Below, one piece after another: positions 1 to 13,940 of a stretch of DNA of 64,000 nucleotides. Where the stretch lies: positions 5,518,001 to 5,582,000 of the forward strand of contig OZ024762.1 of NCBI GenBank assembly GCA_964016885.1, in the 5' to 3' direction. A program made the position numbers and the translations under genes. Position 1 is the stretch's first letter. Every line of letters begins with the position of its first letter. A model generated the notes under the pieces. The model had not been told where the DNA came from and did no database searches. It worked only from the letters and a program-made list of their open reading frames with translations. Origin of the DNA: Eledone cirrhosa (taxonomy: Eukaryota).

Positions 1-3000
1 CTGTCCTATGTTTATGAAGACCAGGCAAGTTTTTAACCCTTTTCTTATATTTATAATCAGTATTTCGAGGGTGGTGGATTTGCAGTATCAGTGGAGCGTT
101 GGACCCCATGTTTTGTAACATATAGTTACGGCCCTTTATGTTCTGAGTTCAAATCTTGCCGAGGTTAGCTTTGCCTTTCATCCTTACGGGGTCGATAAAA
201 TAAAGTACCAGTCATGCACTGGGATCGATTTAATCAATTTCCCCTCCCCCCCAAAATTGCTGGCCTTGTGCCTATATAAGAAACCATTATCACATGACAT
301 ATGTTCTAAATTAATATATCATAATTATCCATCTTTAATATTACAGAAAGTTGATTCCGTTGATGAGTCCACAAGTTTTATTTGCAGTGGTGTACTAAAG
401 AACAACAAAGGCACTGTAAGTTGTTGACAAACCTTTAACTCATCAGACTTATTATTTGGTTAACCCTTTAATGTTCAAACCGGCCAAAACCGACCAGAAT
501 TCTCTACCTTTTTCTGTTGAAACTGGCTGTAACTGGTCACTCAAACTGATGTTAAAGTATTGTTCTCAAAATAAATACTTTCAAAATCTTATAGATTCGA
601 TATTATGTGAGATAAAGCATTTACCATGAAAATGTAATAGTATATATAAAGTAATGTGAATGCTAAAGGGTTAAAGTTGGTTGTTTTATTGAAGGTACCG
701 ACAACTAGAGTATTATAGTTAATATGAAGTATTGTGAAATAGATAATAAATGACAAAGTTTCAGAAAGCCAGTACAATGTGGTAGAAATATATAAAGGGA
801 AAAGGATGACAAATAAAACAAAGTAATGTTTTACTCAGTATATTTCAACCTGATATTTCAGGGCTAATACCCTCTTTTCAAATGTGAAATGGAAATGGTT
901 CAAAACAAAATAAATGATCGATGTGTTATTCCTTAACTGAACCAAGTGTCTAAAGTACGCATGCATGGAGACGTTATAGTGGCCAGTTGGTCTTGGGGCT
1001 GTAGTTAATCATATTGACCCCAGTTTTAAAAAAAGCAACTAAAAAATGATAAAGTTAATTATATTACAGAACCTCTACCAATTCTTGATTATTTAAAAAA
1101 TTAATTGTGAGTGGAGTTCCACTGAAGCAGGTGAAGAAGTTCACGTATCTCATGGTTGTGTTTACTAATGATGGAAAACAGGAGGCTGAATTAAGTGTGA
1201 GAAATGCAGGAGCTGGTGCAGCAGTGCACCACCTTCTACATTCGGTCATCTAAAGAAGGGAGGTAGATGTAAAAACCAAACTCACTATCTCCAATTTGGT
1301 ATTCATGCCAGCCTTTGCCTATGATCATGAATCTTGGGTAATGATCAAAAGAATACAATTGTGAATACAAATGGCCGAAATGGGGTTTTCTTCGAAGGGT
1401 CTTTGGAGTAACGTTACTCGATTGAGTGTGTAGCTCAGAGCGTTGCACCAGGTAGAGCTGCTATTTCTTCGAATTGAGAGATCACAGCTCCGGTAGTATG
1501 GGCATGTGGTTAGATTGTCTCAGGAAAGAATTGTTGGAGAGATTTTACGCGCAAAACCAACTGGCAGGGGATCCAGGAGTAGATCCCGAGCAAGATGGTT
1601 GGATATCATCCCTGAGCTCAGCTGGTCTTGCTTGGGGATCCAGTTGGATCTATAGAGACCATTGTTTCTGACCCACTGGAAGGAGTGTTTGAGGACTGTG
1701 ACCCCATGGCCCTCCCAGGAATGAATGGCTGAAGAAGAATTTGAAATCTTAGGCAGTGTATTTGATTTGCAATATGGTAGTGGAAGGTTTTAAAATATTG
1801 GGTTTATACTTACAAAATATCTTATTAACATGTAAATTATGATTGATCACTGCCATAACTACTCATATAATGAACATTTTCTTTGTTGCAGAAACTGCAT
1901 GTGTTTCTTTTGGATAAAGTTCTCCTTGTTACCCGGCCAGTTACCAATAACAACCAACATGGTTTTCAAGTTTACCGACAACCAATTCCTGTCAGTATGT
2001 TAACTATTGAGGATTTGAAAGACAACGAAGTGCGAATGGGATCCTTCCGGAATGCTTTTGGACAGGGACAAACAGGTGACTGCATTTCGGTTTTTTTTTT
2101 TTTTGCATCTTATATCATCATCATCATCATCATCCTTTAACATGTATTTTCTCTGCCAGTATGGGTTGGATGGCTTGTGGTTAAACTCTGCAATAAATTG
2201 GTGTCCTGTCCAGTGGGGAGTCTCCTCATAAGACTGAAGCCACTATTAGTAAAATACCCAAGAAACCTACTATGAGATACATTCTTGTAAGAAGTAAGCT
2301 AAACCTACATAGGTGTGACTTTTATATGAGTATAGTATATGATATTTATCATATATACTCAAATAAAAGCTGACCCCCTATTTTATGCCTGAGAAATGGG
2401 TAAATATCCAAACCCTGTGTATAAGCTGAGGCAGGTAATCATGTTTAGGTGGCACAGTTTTGAAAGTCTCATGAGTGGAGAATATATGAGATACATAAAA
2501 AAATAGAGGGTTGACTTTTATATGAGTATAGTATATAGTATTTAGTGTATATAAATATGTGTGTGTATATTTTTACACACATGAAATAGTAGATAGGACT
2601 TGAATATAAGTTGATCCAAATATAAGCCAAGCCCCTATTTTATGGCTGAGAAATGGACAAATATCCTCTGAAACAGCTACTCTACATATGTTTAGATGGT
2701 GAAGTTTTAAAATTCTCATGAGTGGAGAATATATGAGGATTGGCACAAAAGTTCATAGGCTGACCAAGATGGAATGACCGATGAGGTTTGTTTTTCATCT
2801 CATTTCTACAGCTGTATATGGTATATAATTTTTGTTTTTCTTTCTTCACTGTTTCAGCAAAGAATGTGTTTCGACTGTCATTTGTGGATCCCAATCAAGG
2901 CCAGGCCCACACACTGATTGCTACAGATGAACACGACAAACGTCAATGGTTACAATGTTTACGTCAGTGTGTATCTAACCAGAGATTTACAGGAAGCTGA
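1..3000 (+). CDS. NET1: NET1/ARHGEF3-like RhoGEF, 3' part (PH domain); exons 1-24 (partial), 347-415, 1892-2075, 2858-3000
   Basis: Spliced peptide LSYVYEDQ-KVDSVDESTSFICSGVLKNNKGT-KLHVFLLDKVLLVTRPVTNNNQHGFQVYRQPIPVSMLTIEDLKDNEVRMGSFRNAFGQGQT-AKNVFRLSFVDPNQGQAHTLIATDEHDKRQWLQCLRQCVSNQRFTGS* matches the NET1/ARHGEF3 PH domain (QVYRQPIP, GSFR, HTL..W) as recalled; phases 0,0,1 are consistent. NET1 vs ARHGEF3 cannot be resolved; probably co-orthologous to both. Confidence 0.88.
68..290 (+). mobile_element. tRNA-derived SINE family A; about 20 copies or fragments (e.g. 3292, 4155, 33146, 36919, 39570-, 41640, 46965-, 49577-, 62250, 62485)
   Basis: A/B-box-like head (tggcagtatcggtagagc...gagttcaaatccc), core tttgcctttcatccttacggggtcgataaaataaagtaccag, (ATT)n tail. 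Confidence 0.85.
347..415 (+). CDS. NET1: RhoGEF exon KVDSVDESTSFICSGVLKNNKGT
   Basis: ttacag acceptor, gtaagt donor, 69 nt. Confidence 0.85.
464..670. mobile_element. TTAA-flanked (piggyBac-like) MITE; other copies about 10840-11021, 16373-17396 (interrupted by mariner), 47492-47701
   Basis: TTAA-CCCTTTA...TAAAGGG-TTAA termini and shared internal sequence in four copies. Confidence 0.75.
1105..1740 (+). mobile_element. Degenerate LINE 3' fragment (RTE-like); related piece about 27690-27890
   Basis: VSGVPLKQVKKFTYL.VVFTNDG and IERSQLR*YGHV. Confidence 0.65.
1892..2075 (+). CDS. NET1: RhoGEF PH-domain exon
   Basis: ttgcag acceptor, gtgact donor; KLHVFLLDKVLLVTRPV...QVYRQPIP. Confidence 0.9.
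2858..3000 (+). CDS. NET1: RhoGEF terminal coding exon
   Basis: tttcag acceptor after a pyrimidine tract; AKNVFRLSF...KRQWLQCL, TGA at 2998-3000. Confidence 0.88.
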
Positions 3001-3220
3001 ACATTTTACATCTAATTACAACAAAACAAAAACAAGACTCTCATCTTCCTCCATCTCCTCCTCCTCCCCGCCCCCTCCGAAAAATAGAAAAATAAAAAAA
3101 AATGAGAACATTTTAATAACTGCAACAAATGTACTCAAGACTTTAACTGCAAAATGTAACAAAGAAAGAAATGAAATGGATTCAGGGGTTGTTTCTATAA
3201 TTTTCCTCCTCTTCTTCCAC

Positions 3221-3266
<46 letters not shown>

Positions 3267-4765
3267 CGTTGTTGTTGTTGTTGTTGTTAAGGACGGTGGA
3301 TTGGCAGAATCGGTAGAGTGTCGGATAATATGCTTTGCAGCATATAGTTATGGCCCTTTACGTTCTGAGTTCAAATCCCGCCGAGGTTAGCTTTGCCTTT
3401 TAATCCTTACAAGGTCGATAAAATAAAGTACCAGTAATGCACTGGGGGTCCATTAAATCGACCCCCCCCCCCAATTGTTGGCCTTGTGCCTCAATCTGAA
3501 ATCATTATTATTATTAGGATGGTAGGCTGTCGATATCAGTAGAACATTGAACAAAGTACTCTGCAGTGTGTAGTTGCAATGTTCTACGTTCTGAGGTCAA
3601 CTTTGCCTTTTATCCTATCCTTCCAGGGTTGATAAATTAAAGTACCGGTTAAGAACTGGGGTTGATTAAATCGGCTTTCACCTCTCTCCCTTAAAATTGC
3701 TGGCCTTGTGCCTAAATCAGAAACCATTATTATTATTATTATTACTATTATTGTTGCTGTTGTTGTTACATGATATTGATGTTGTGACCAGTTTTAATTA
3801 TGCTTCCTATTGGCCCCCTCCCTGTAGTCCGAAGATGAGGGGGGACCCCCCCCCCTCCTTTTTAAGGTCCTGCCACACTGTTCATTCACACCTGGCCTTT
3901 ATGTTGAGGTCTTTCCAGATAATTCTTGCTGTTGCAATTAAAATAGCACACCCCACACCCCTCCACCACCACCACTACACACACACACTAATGTCTGGTC
4001 TTCCAAGGTTAATTGGAAATTATTGTTATAATTATTTGTTGAAACCCCACCAAGGTTAGCTTTGCTTTTCTACCATGGGGCGATAAAATAAAGTACTAGT
4101 AACGCAAAGGTTGATTTAGTTGACTCCCCCCCAAAATTGTTGGCCTAAATCAAAGGTGGATTGGCAATATCGGTCGAGGGTCAGACACCATGCTTTCTGG
4201 CATAGTTTCGTCCCTTTATGATCTGAGTTCAAATACCGCCAAGGTTAACTTTGCCTTTCATCCTTACGGGGGTCGATAAAATAAAGTACCAGTAATACAC
4301 TGGGGTAATTGCTGGCCCTGTGCCAAAAACTAGAAACAATTATTATTGTTTTTATTTGTTTTAACATGGTTGGATTGGCAGAATTGTTAGAGAGTTGGAC
4401 AGAATGCTTTGCAGTATTTGTTCCAGCTCTTTACATTCTGAGTTCAAATCCCACCGTTTATCCTTCGGGGGAACTCGATAAAGTAAAACACCAGTAATAC
4501 ACTGGGGTAGTATTTAATCAGCTTTCCTGTCACTCCAAATTGCTGGATTTGTGCTTAAGATTAATAACCTTTATCATAAAGAGTTGGGGATCGGTAGGAT
4601 TGGTAAAGCATTGAACAAAATGCTTTGTAGTATTAGTTCTAGCTTTTTATGATCTGTGGGTAAAGTACCAGTCATATACTGGGGGAAGGGGGGCAATATA
4701 ATTGGCCTTCCCCCAATTGCTGGCCTTGTGCCAATGTTCCCTTACCATAGCATTGTCATAGTTAG

Positions 4766-5000
4766 GGCACATGGCCTAGTGGTAAGGGTGTTGGACTTGC
4801 GATCATAATGTCATTGGTTCAATTCCTTGGTCGGGTGAGTGTGTTATGTTCTTGAGCAAAACACTTCATTTCACGTCACTCCAGTACACTCAGCTAAAAA
4901 TGAACACCAGCGGTATCTGGGAGAATTAATCCTGCAATGGACTGGTGTCCTGTCCAGGGAGAGTCTTATACTCTCAGTTATTTTACTGATGAAACCAGTA
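4766..5000 (+). mobile_element. tRNA-derived SINE family B (also 5540, 8410, 40195, 56543, 58122)
   Basis: tggcctagtggtaaggg...ggttcaattcc head, core gttcttgagcaaaacacttcatttcacgt. Confidence 0.8.
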
Positions 5001-6320
5001 TTAACACCAGCTAGGGCTTGGATAGAAATAGCATTGCCATAAAGTTGGTAATGATAATTAAAAAAGATTTCCATTAGTTGTTCCATGTACCTTACCCTTT
5101 AACCTTGGATGGTAGACCTCACTCTTTAACACGACAACCACCAGCTGGTCCTTTAAATACTACCACTTCCTCACCCATTAATGCAACCACCCTGTCCTTT
5201 TAACAGAGTCCTCTCCGTTGTACACATTCAGACTAGGTCACTAATTTGGGGATACCTTCTTCCCTCTCTCCTCTTACCAGTATTGGAAGCCCTGTAAAAG
5301 GATCCTGGGCACTGCCCATCCCCTCCCTGGCTTTACCTCCCTTTGTACCTTACCTGCCATTCCTTCATTCCATCCATCCTTGACGTCAAATTTACAGTTA
5401 TTACGCACAACATATCTGTTAACGTACATTTCTCTCCCCTACATCTTTATCTCTTTCATTGATTCCCTTTTTAAATTTGAGATTACTGCTGGTTTTTTCT
5501 ATTTTATTTATTATATCTTAACTCCATACTTCCCATGAAGACACACAGCCCCACACCCCAGTGGTTAGGTGGTTTTGAGTCCTTGATGGTCATGTCATGG
5601 ATTCAATTCTTGGAGTGGGTTGTGTGTTGTGTTCTTGAGCAAGACACTTCATTTCACGTTGCTCCAGTCAACTCAGCTGAAAAAAAAGTGAGTACCACCA
5701 GCATCAGCTGGCATTTAGTCCAATGATGGACTGACATCCTATCTAGGGGGCAGTCATGTAATCTCAATCAATGCCAATGAAACTGGGATAAGCTATGAGC
5801 CATTAAGCCTCTAGGCTTAAGAAAATTATAAATCCTTCCCTATATATTCTTGTATTTTCTTGAATAACTTTGCTTCTGCTGATCAAATATGTTTCCTCGT
5901 CTATGATAAGTTATATAATTCTTCCTATGTGAAACACAACCCATGAGCCTCATCCATTGCTGGATTTCTCTGTGTTCGGACGTCTTCTTGGATGATAAGT
6001 GTGCTAATGTTGGTGCCTATATAATGGAGCGTGTTTCACTTAATTTCAATGCTACGCACAACTTTTCAGGCTGCATTGAATTTCAGGCCAATTTTTTGGA
6101 CATGTCTGTGTTTGTGTGTGTATTGTGAATATGTGTGCACATGTCTGTGTATTTGTGAGTGAATATATGTGTGTGCCTCAGTATTTTCTATCTTTACACC
6201 AAAGGTATTTTTTTTTTGTTTTGCTATTTTTTGGTTTTGTTTGTTCAACAATTTGATTTGATTCATTTTGAATTTTGATTCATTGAATATTTTGGTTCTT
6301 ATTCTTTTACATGTGTGTGT

Positions 6321-6361
<41 letters not shown>

Positions 6362-7013
6362 CACTCACACACAACATATATATATGTGTTTGTGTGTACA
6401 TACATTTATTATGGCTAAGTAGTGAGTTTTGCTACTCTAGAGTTTTACCTACACTGCGAGCATGCAGGTGAAACTCCAGACTAGCAAGACTCACTACTTA
6501 GCCATAATAAATGAATATTTAAACTCTACTTCGGTATTGAGTAGCATTTTCTCTCTGTTTCTCCATGTTTATATGGGTTGGATGGGTCTTCTCTAGTGTG
6601 TTGCTGTTACCACTTGTTATGTCCCTGTGTCATCTCTCCTCTAAGGCTCAACATCGTCTGGTTCATCATTGATCACTCCTTTCCATGTTTTCCTGTCTTC
6701 CTCCTCTCCTACGGCTTCCTTCCACTTGTATCACTTCACCAAACTGTCACCCTCCACATCCATCACATACCTCTACCATCTCAAGTCTGCATCTCCATCC
6801 AATCCAGAGCCTTCTCACTTCTGTTGTAGGAGACCCTCCCTGGTCATTCTTCACCACTTTCTGTTTGGCTAGTTGCAGGTTGGTGAGGCTATTCAACTTA
6901 TAGTTGCGAAAGATGGCCATTGACTCTGAGGAGCTCATCTGCCCTTTTTACAGCTCTTGTTTTTTGTGCTGCTGGGATTCTACGTACCCTCTACTTACCA
7001 GACCCTTGTTTGG

Positions 7014-7400
7014 TGGTGGGGAGTTGGTTATGTCCCTGACCACTTGACCATGAAGTAAGTTGTACTGGGCTACATGTCTACCAGTAGTAGGCAGAAGCCT
7101 GGCCTGACCAGACTAGGGTCTGGTGGGGGAGCTGGTTAAATCCCTGACCACTTGACCATGAAGTAGGTTGTATTGGGCTACATGGTACCAGTAGTAGGCA
7201 GAAGCCTGGCCTGACCAGACTAGGGTCTGGTGGGGGAGCTGGTTAAATCCCTGACCACTTGACTATGAAGTAGGTTGTATTGGGCTACATGGTACCAGTA
7301 GTAGGCAGAAGCCTGGCCTGACCAGACTAGGGTCTGGTGGGGGAGCTGGTTAAATCCCTGACCACTTGACTATGAAGTAGGTTGTATTGGGCTACATGGT
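7014..7400. repeat. 107-bp tandem repeat, about 3.6 copies
   Basis: Unit starts 7014, 7121, 7228, 7335. Confidence 0.9.
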
Positions 7401-10400
7401 AACAGCTGTATCATTATTTCTAATTCCTCTTATACCCAGTTTTCTCTTTCAGAACACCCTCTTCCACTGTTAGGAGACCTAGGTAAACAGAAGCTAGGAA
7501 TTACTTATGTTGGCCCCTCTAAACATTGGAAAGAATTTATTTTAAAGATGATTTTTCTGCTGATTATTCCTGCACATCTACATGCAATAATGTGTCCCAT
7601 CTTTCATCTGTGATCCTGCTGCAGTCTGTTTTCTGCGTTGAGTGCATCATAAAACATTCCTATATACTCTTTTTCGACATATCAAGCATTGCCAGCCACT
7701 TCCCAGATCGAAGTAGTCCTGTCTTTCTTTCAGGGTTAATAAAATATAGGGCTAGTTGACGGGACGGGGGCGGATAAGATACCTTGTGGGGTCTGTTGAT
7801 GGGATGGGGGGAGGGGATTGGTAGATTCTATAGGTCTAGATGTTATACATTCTCTGGTTTGGTCACACTTTGCAGGAGATTTATAGGTCTAGATGTGTGT
7901 ATATCATCATCATCATTTAATGCCCACTTTCCCTGCTAGCAAGGGTTAGACAGGGCTTCACAGACTGAGTCAGTACTGGACCTGGTCTACTGACCTTCCA
8001 GACTGGCCCGGGGTTGACATCCTGTTAACATACAGTCCTACCAAGTACATTTTATTGTGGCACCAGCACCAGAGAGGTTGTCATATCTTTGACATGACTA
8101 AAAGGTCCACCCAGCCCTTTGTTTGGCAAGCTTTCTACAACTGGATGATCTCTGTTCACCAACCACTTTGTAGTGTGTACAGGACAGACTTATTGTGTAA
8201 ATCACTAACACTAGGGAGGTTGTCATGTCTTTATCATAACTGAAGAGTCCTCTCAACCCTTTGGCAAGCTTTCTATGGCTGGATGCCCCTCCTATCACCA
8301 ACCACTTTACAGTGTGTACTGAGTTATTTTGTTGCTTGTTGAATCTTCAATATAGTCTTCTAAAGAGGGGAGTGGGGTGTGGCTTGATATATAGAGTATG
8401 TATTGTGAAGGCAAGGTGACCTTGTGGTTAGGCTGTTTAGCTCACAACCATAAAGTCATGGTTTCGATTCCCTGACCATGTGGTATGTTGTGTTTCTTGA
8501 GGAAGACACTTCATTTCACATTGCTCCTATTCACTCTGCTGAAAATATGTTCCAGCAGTAAGCAACTAGGGGATTAGTGTTGAGATGAGCTGTTGTCCTA
8601 CACATGGGGGAGGTTTACTTTAAGTTGCTCAACACCTCAAAACAGGGATAAGCTCCCACCTTCATCTAACCCTTGAAAGCATGGAAGAACTGATTTCAAA
8701 ATGCTCTCACTTTCTCTCTCCATTTCTTTCTCTTTCTCTCTGTATATATATTTACAAATATGCACATACACATACACACGTGGTTTTCAACTCAATGAAG
8801 AAATTCTCATTTCACTCTAATATATCCCATCGGGAACTAGCAATTTTCAACAAGCCATATTTTTGTATTTGCCAGTTAATCTCCAGAAGTTAATAAACAA
8901 CGACTGTTTAACTATTTTTAATGACTTAAAGCTACAACTTGTGAATAGAAAGGTAAGGTTGTTAACTTCTACCAATTAACTTGCAAATACTAAACTTTGG
9001 CTTGTTGATAAATAACTCTGTGTGATTCCTATGTTAGGGTGAAACAAAAATATCCTTATTGATCTAAAACCCATAACAAATTATATAATCTGTACACATC
9101 AACACCAGTTATTATCTATTGAGTACTCCTTTAAACTTGGTCTTCTTTGGTTTCAACTGTGTTTGTAATATGTATTAATATATGTTTATATGTATATATA
9201 TATTGTGTATGCGTTTTTCTCCTCTCTACATAATGTGTGTGTGTGTATGTAGTTCTTCTCTACATAATGATGTGTGTGTGTATGTAGTTCTTCTCTACAT
9301 AATGATGTGTGTGTTTGTGTATGTGTTTCCACTCTACATACTAGTGTTTGTGTGTGTGTGTGTGTGTGTTTCTTTACATAATGATGTGTGTGTGTGTGTT
9401 TCCACTCTACATACTAGTGTTTGTGTATACTGACTTATGCGTGTGAGAGTGAATGTTTTTCCTCTCTATACACTGGTTTATGTGTGTGTGTGTATCTGTT
9501 CTCTCTATGTATACTGATTTATGTATGTGTCCACTCTACATACTGACCTATGTGTGTGTTTCTTTACATACTAACATGTGTGTATGTTTGCATTCTGTTT
9601 TTTTTTTTCAAATGTTTCTAGGCTATGAAATATGTAAATAATGATCCCTAAAGTCTGTATTTACTTAACTCTCCATGTTCAGCACATCACAAGCTCCCTC
9701 TACAATGTTAACCATATGTTCAACTGACAACATGTCCTTTTTCTTTGTTTTTTTTAATTTTATTTTATTTTAATTTTATAAATTTGTATGAATGTAAAAA
9801 TAAAAACATCTTATAATAAAATGATTTTCTATAAATATTTATGATTTAATTTTGTTATTACAATTACTTTGAAGGCCGTCATGAAAAGGACGATAGTTTT
9901 GTATTATAATCCTTCTCGATGGCCTCACTGACCTGATTAACACATTCTAATAATGAACCACTCCATTCCATTCCTAACAACTTTTTATTCTCTTCTTTGT
10001 AAATAGTGTATCATGTTTTTCTTTATGCACCTTTTTTATATTTCAAATTTATACATGGCTAGTGAAATAAATGATAAAAAAAGAAATATCTATCTATCTA
10101 TATATATATATATATATATGTAGACCTGACTCCCCACAGGCCGAAGCTGAAGCATATATGCACCCCCCCCCCCCAACATATATCTCCCACGAGAGCAGTA
10201 TGAAGTATGCATCTAGTGAAGCCCCCAGCCCACACTGTAAAGTGGTCTTGATGGTGACATGGCAAAAAGTGCCCAGTCCACACTGTAAAGTGGTGATGCT
10301 GGTGGCACAACAAAAGCACCCAGTACTAAGTGTAAATGAGGTTGGTGCTAAGAAGAGCATCCAGCTGCAGAAACCAAGCTAAAATCAGTTTCGTATGAGC

Positions 10401-13047
10401 AAGACATGGTGACCTAACCTAGCATTGCTCACAACAGAACAACCCGTCTAACCCATGCTAGCATGGAAAAATTGATGTAAAACGATGATGATGGTGATGA
10501 TGATGTATAAAGGTGAGATCTATTTTGTGGTGACATGCTGTATAATAGATCTCTTGACGTCTGTTGAGCTACTTGACAAACTCAACTATTTCAATCCTGC
10601 TAGAGTCACTCAATCTAAGGTAGAAAGCATTAACTCACTGACTCAGTTCACTGAACTCTGAATTACAACCATGAGTTGGTACAGCTCATGGTTTTGTAAT
10701 AGGAAGAACAACGGAGAATTATTTAGCAAGTATCTTTTTTAATTTAAGTTTGAGTTAAATTTTCACTTGGAACCAGTGAGAGGCACTGTGGTAAGAGATG
10801 GGGCCAGTTGAGAGTATTAATCCCAAGAAAACCTTTTAACCCATATCCGGCCAGAATTCTCTCACCTCTTTCTGTTCAAACTGGTCATAACCGACTGCTC
10901 ATACTTATATTAAGGTGTTGTTCTCAAAATAAATAATATCAAAATCGCGTAAATTATGTGAGATAAAGCCTTTACTGCGAAAATACAATAGTAAATATAG
11001 AGTATTGTAAATGCTAAAGAGTTAAGGGGTCTGCTGTAGGATCAACAAATAAGTGATGGTAAAACCCCCAAAACACCCAGTGATTCCAGTATACAACACT
11101 GATGATATGTCCTTTAGTTTGTCACTTGCATGAGGGTGAGTCCAAGATACAACACTGATGATGTATCCAAGGTTTTACATCCGGATTTGTGAAGAATTTG
11201 CTATCTCTTTCAGAAATCAAGGGGCAATAATTCAGAAAAGGAAAGTTTCCTTTTCTTTTGTTTTCTGAGTTGTCGTCCCTGTTAGTAGGAAGACTTTCTA
11301 TCAGCGGTTAATTCGAAGTTTGACTAGTGGAACTACGGAGCTAATTCCCGACTCACTGAATATTCAGACGTATTTTTAACAGGTATGATATTATATTTGT
11401 TATCGTGCTTAATAAGTCATCTTTTCGTCTCTGTGATAAGTTTCCGTAAATATTTTGGAAAACAAATATTGTTTTTCGGTCATTTTTTTCAATTACAATT
11501 GATTTGGGCGGTGAAATTTAAGTTTTACCTTTTGTGTGTGTTTAATGAATTTTGCTTTAAAATCGGAAATTATTCGTTTATTAGTTACCAGGGAGAGCGA
11601 GATGTAATGCCCCTTTCTCCCAGTTAATTAGAAAAACGAATAATTTCCGACTCCTTTGAAGGTCGTGTTCGTTCAAAATTAATCGGAAGATAGAATGAGA
11701 AATAGAAAGATAGAGAAGACTGAGAAGAGGAAGACATGGAAAAACATTTTGTTTTTTAACGAAAAAGCACGTGTATTCAGTCAGCACTAACATAGCGTAA
11801 GTCATAATATATAAAGACGTATATGATATGTTTAGGTATAATAGACATATACAAGTCTTACTGTGACTATTTTGAGCCGTGATCATGTCACAGGACGTTT
11901 TTAATCCATCATCAGTGACTCACTGTACTGAAACAGGAATATTCTGTATCTTGTTGTGGCAGTGTAATTAATTAGACAATAAATATGAAGAAGGCAGAAC
12001 ACAGCTCATATGTTGTAATATTTTTAATTAGAGATAAACAAACAACAAAATAAATTAGTTTCTTGTTAAGGTATGGGAATTAACAGGGTCAGTAGAGTAT
12101 CAGGCTACCTTGGTATTTGTTCTGGCTCTACGTGTTCTGAGTTCAAATCCCGCATTTTATACTTTTGGGAGGAAATAAATAAAGTACCGGTACATGTGAG
12201 GGAGATTGGTGGAATTGTTAAAGTGTTAAATGAGGTGTTTTGTGGGATCTGTTCTGATCCTATTTACTCTGAGTTCAAATCCCACCTCTGTCAAGAGTTG
12301 CAACTAGCAGATAGTATTAGTAATGGTAACAACAATTGAAACATAGTCTCCTTGGTCCAATCTAATGATCTGCCAGGAGTTGTGACCAGCAGATAGTATC
12401 AGCAATGGAAAGATCAATGGAAACATTGCTTCCTTTGTCTGATCTGACAATCAGCTCCTTTCTTCTATCAGGAGTTGTGACCAACAGATAGTATCAGCAA
12501 TGGAAAGATCAATGGAAACATTGCTTCCTTGGCCTGACATAAAGATTGGATCCTTTCATTTCTATATCATTTTCAGATGTAAACTTATTCAGGGAAATAT
12601 TTATGTAGTTGAAGAGTTGGCAAAGTTTATTTGCTTGGAGTTCTTTTTTTGTTGTTGTTGTTGTTATTTTTGTTTGTGGTGATGGTGGTGATATGTTGGT
12701 AGTAGTGTTGTTGGTGATGATGGCAGTTGTGGTTGCAGTTGTTCTAGTTGGTGTTGCTGGTATTCTTGTTGTGGTTGGTCTTGTTGCAGTAGTTGATGTT
12801 AGGTTATTGTGGTTATGGTTGTTGTTGGTGTTGCGGCAGACTATATAAAGCTTATTACCATCACAGCCAACTTATCAAACTGTTAATAGGATTAGCTGCC
12901 AAATCCTGAAGGAATGTTAAATGCAATAGACTAGTGTACTATCCAGGGGAATATATATCTCTTACTTCCTTATTACCACAAAACTGGAGTTAACCACCAG
13001 GTATAAAGAAGCTACTTAATTTGTAATAGACATTCCTTTACAGACTA

Positions 13048-13590
13048 TTAACCCTTTCGTTACCATATTTTTAATGAAACACACTGCTTATAATTTTAAA
13101 ATCATTTTGAAAATAATCAATAATTTAGAAGAATTTATTAAAATTAATAATTTTAAAATCATTAAACTGGTGTTTGGAACACAACATAATACAAGTTCTT
13201 ACCATAAAATTATTATGGAAGGTTTTTAGATAAATATAAACACTTTAACCCTTTTGTTACCATATTTCTAATGAAAGACATTGGTAATGTGTTTCAATAA
13301 ATTTTGAAAATAATCAAGAATTTGGAAGAATTTAGTAAAATAAAAGTTTCCTTTTGATTCCAATCTGGCCCTAACCAGTTCTGGTTCTTTGAAATAAATC
13401 CTACCAATTTAAAGTGTTCCTATTTAAATTAAAATCTTCCAATCTAATTTTATATAAGAACCGTCACCATATGATATGTTACTATCTCAATAATAAAATA
13501 ATCAATAATTTCAGTAAATCCCTCAAAATTCTTCAATAATCAATTGATATAGATAGTATTTCATTAGAAATACAGCCACGAAAAGGTTAG
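13048..13590. mobile_element. Second TTAA-CCCTTT repeat family (ttaaccctttcgttaccatattt); fragments also near 14037 and 16120
   Basis: Repeated terminal motif and shared AT-rich body. Confidence 0.5.
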
Positions 13591-13818
13591 CTTTTAGAGA
13601 CTTACCTGAACAACAAAAGATTCTTACATAAAATTGTGATGAAATACACAACTGTTTCAACAATGGAGATACTCCCCACCGTCCCCATCATCACCATTCC
13701 AGTTTTCTATTCCTTAATTAGTATAGAGTGTCTTGTGTTTTGTTGGCCACCCTCCCCCCACCATTCAGTCTTCTATTCCTTGATTAGTATAGAGTGTCTT
13801 GTGTTTTGTTGTCAGGTG

Positions 13819-13940
13819 TTACCTGAAACTGAGGTAGTTCAGCAGAATTTGGGGTATTTCAAGTTTAGAAACAAGACGATAATTCTTGATGGCTTTTAGA
13901 ATGGTTTTCCGAGCATAGAACAACAGACTTTGAGGGTTTC
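13819..13940 (-). CDS. ASB13: ASB13-like exon 6 (SOCS box)
   Basis: tttcag acceptor; RNPQSLLFYARKTILKAIKNYRLVSKLEIPQILLNYLSFR*. Confidence 0.9.

Noticed and set aside
3292-3385. tRNA genes
   Set aside because: tRNA-like A/B boxes belong to SINE heads; no cloverleaf.
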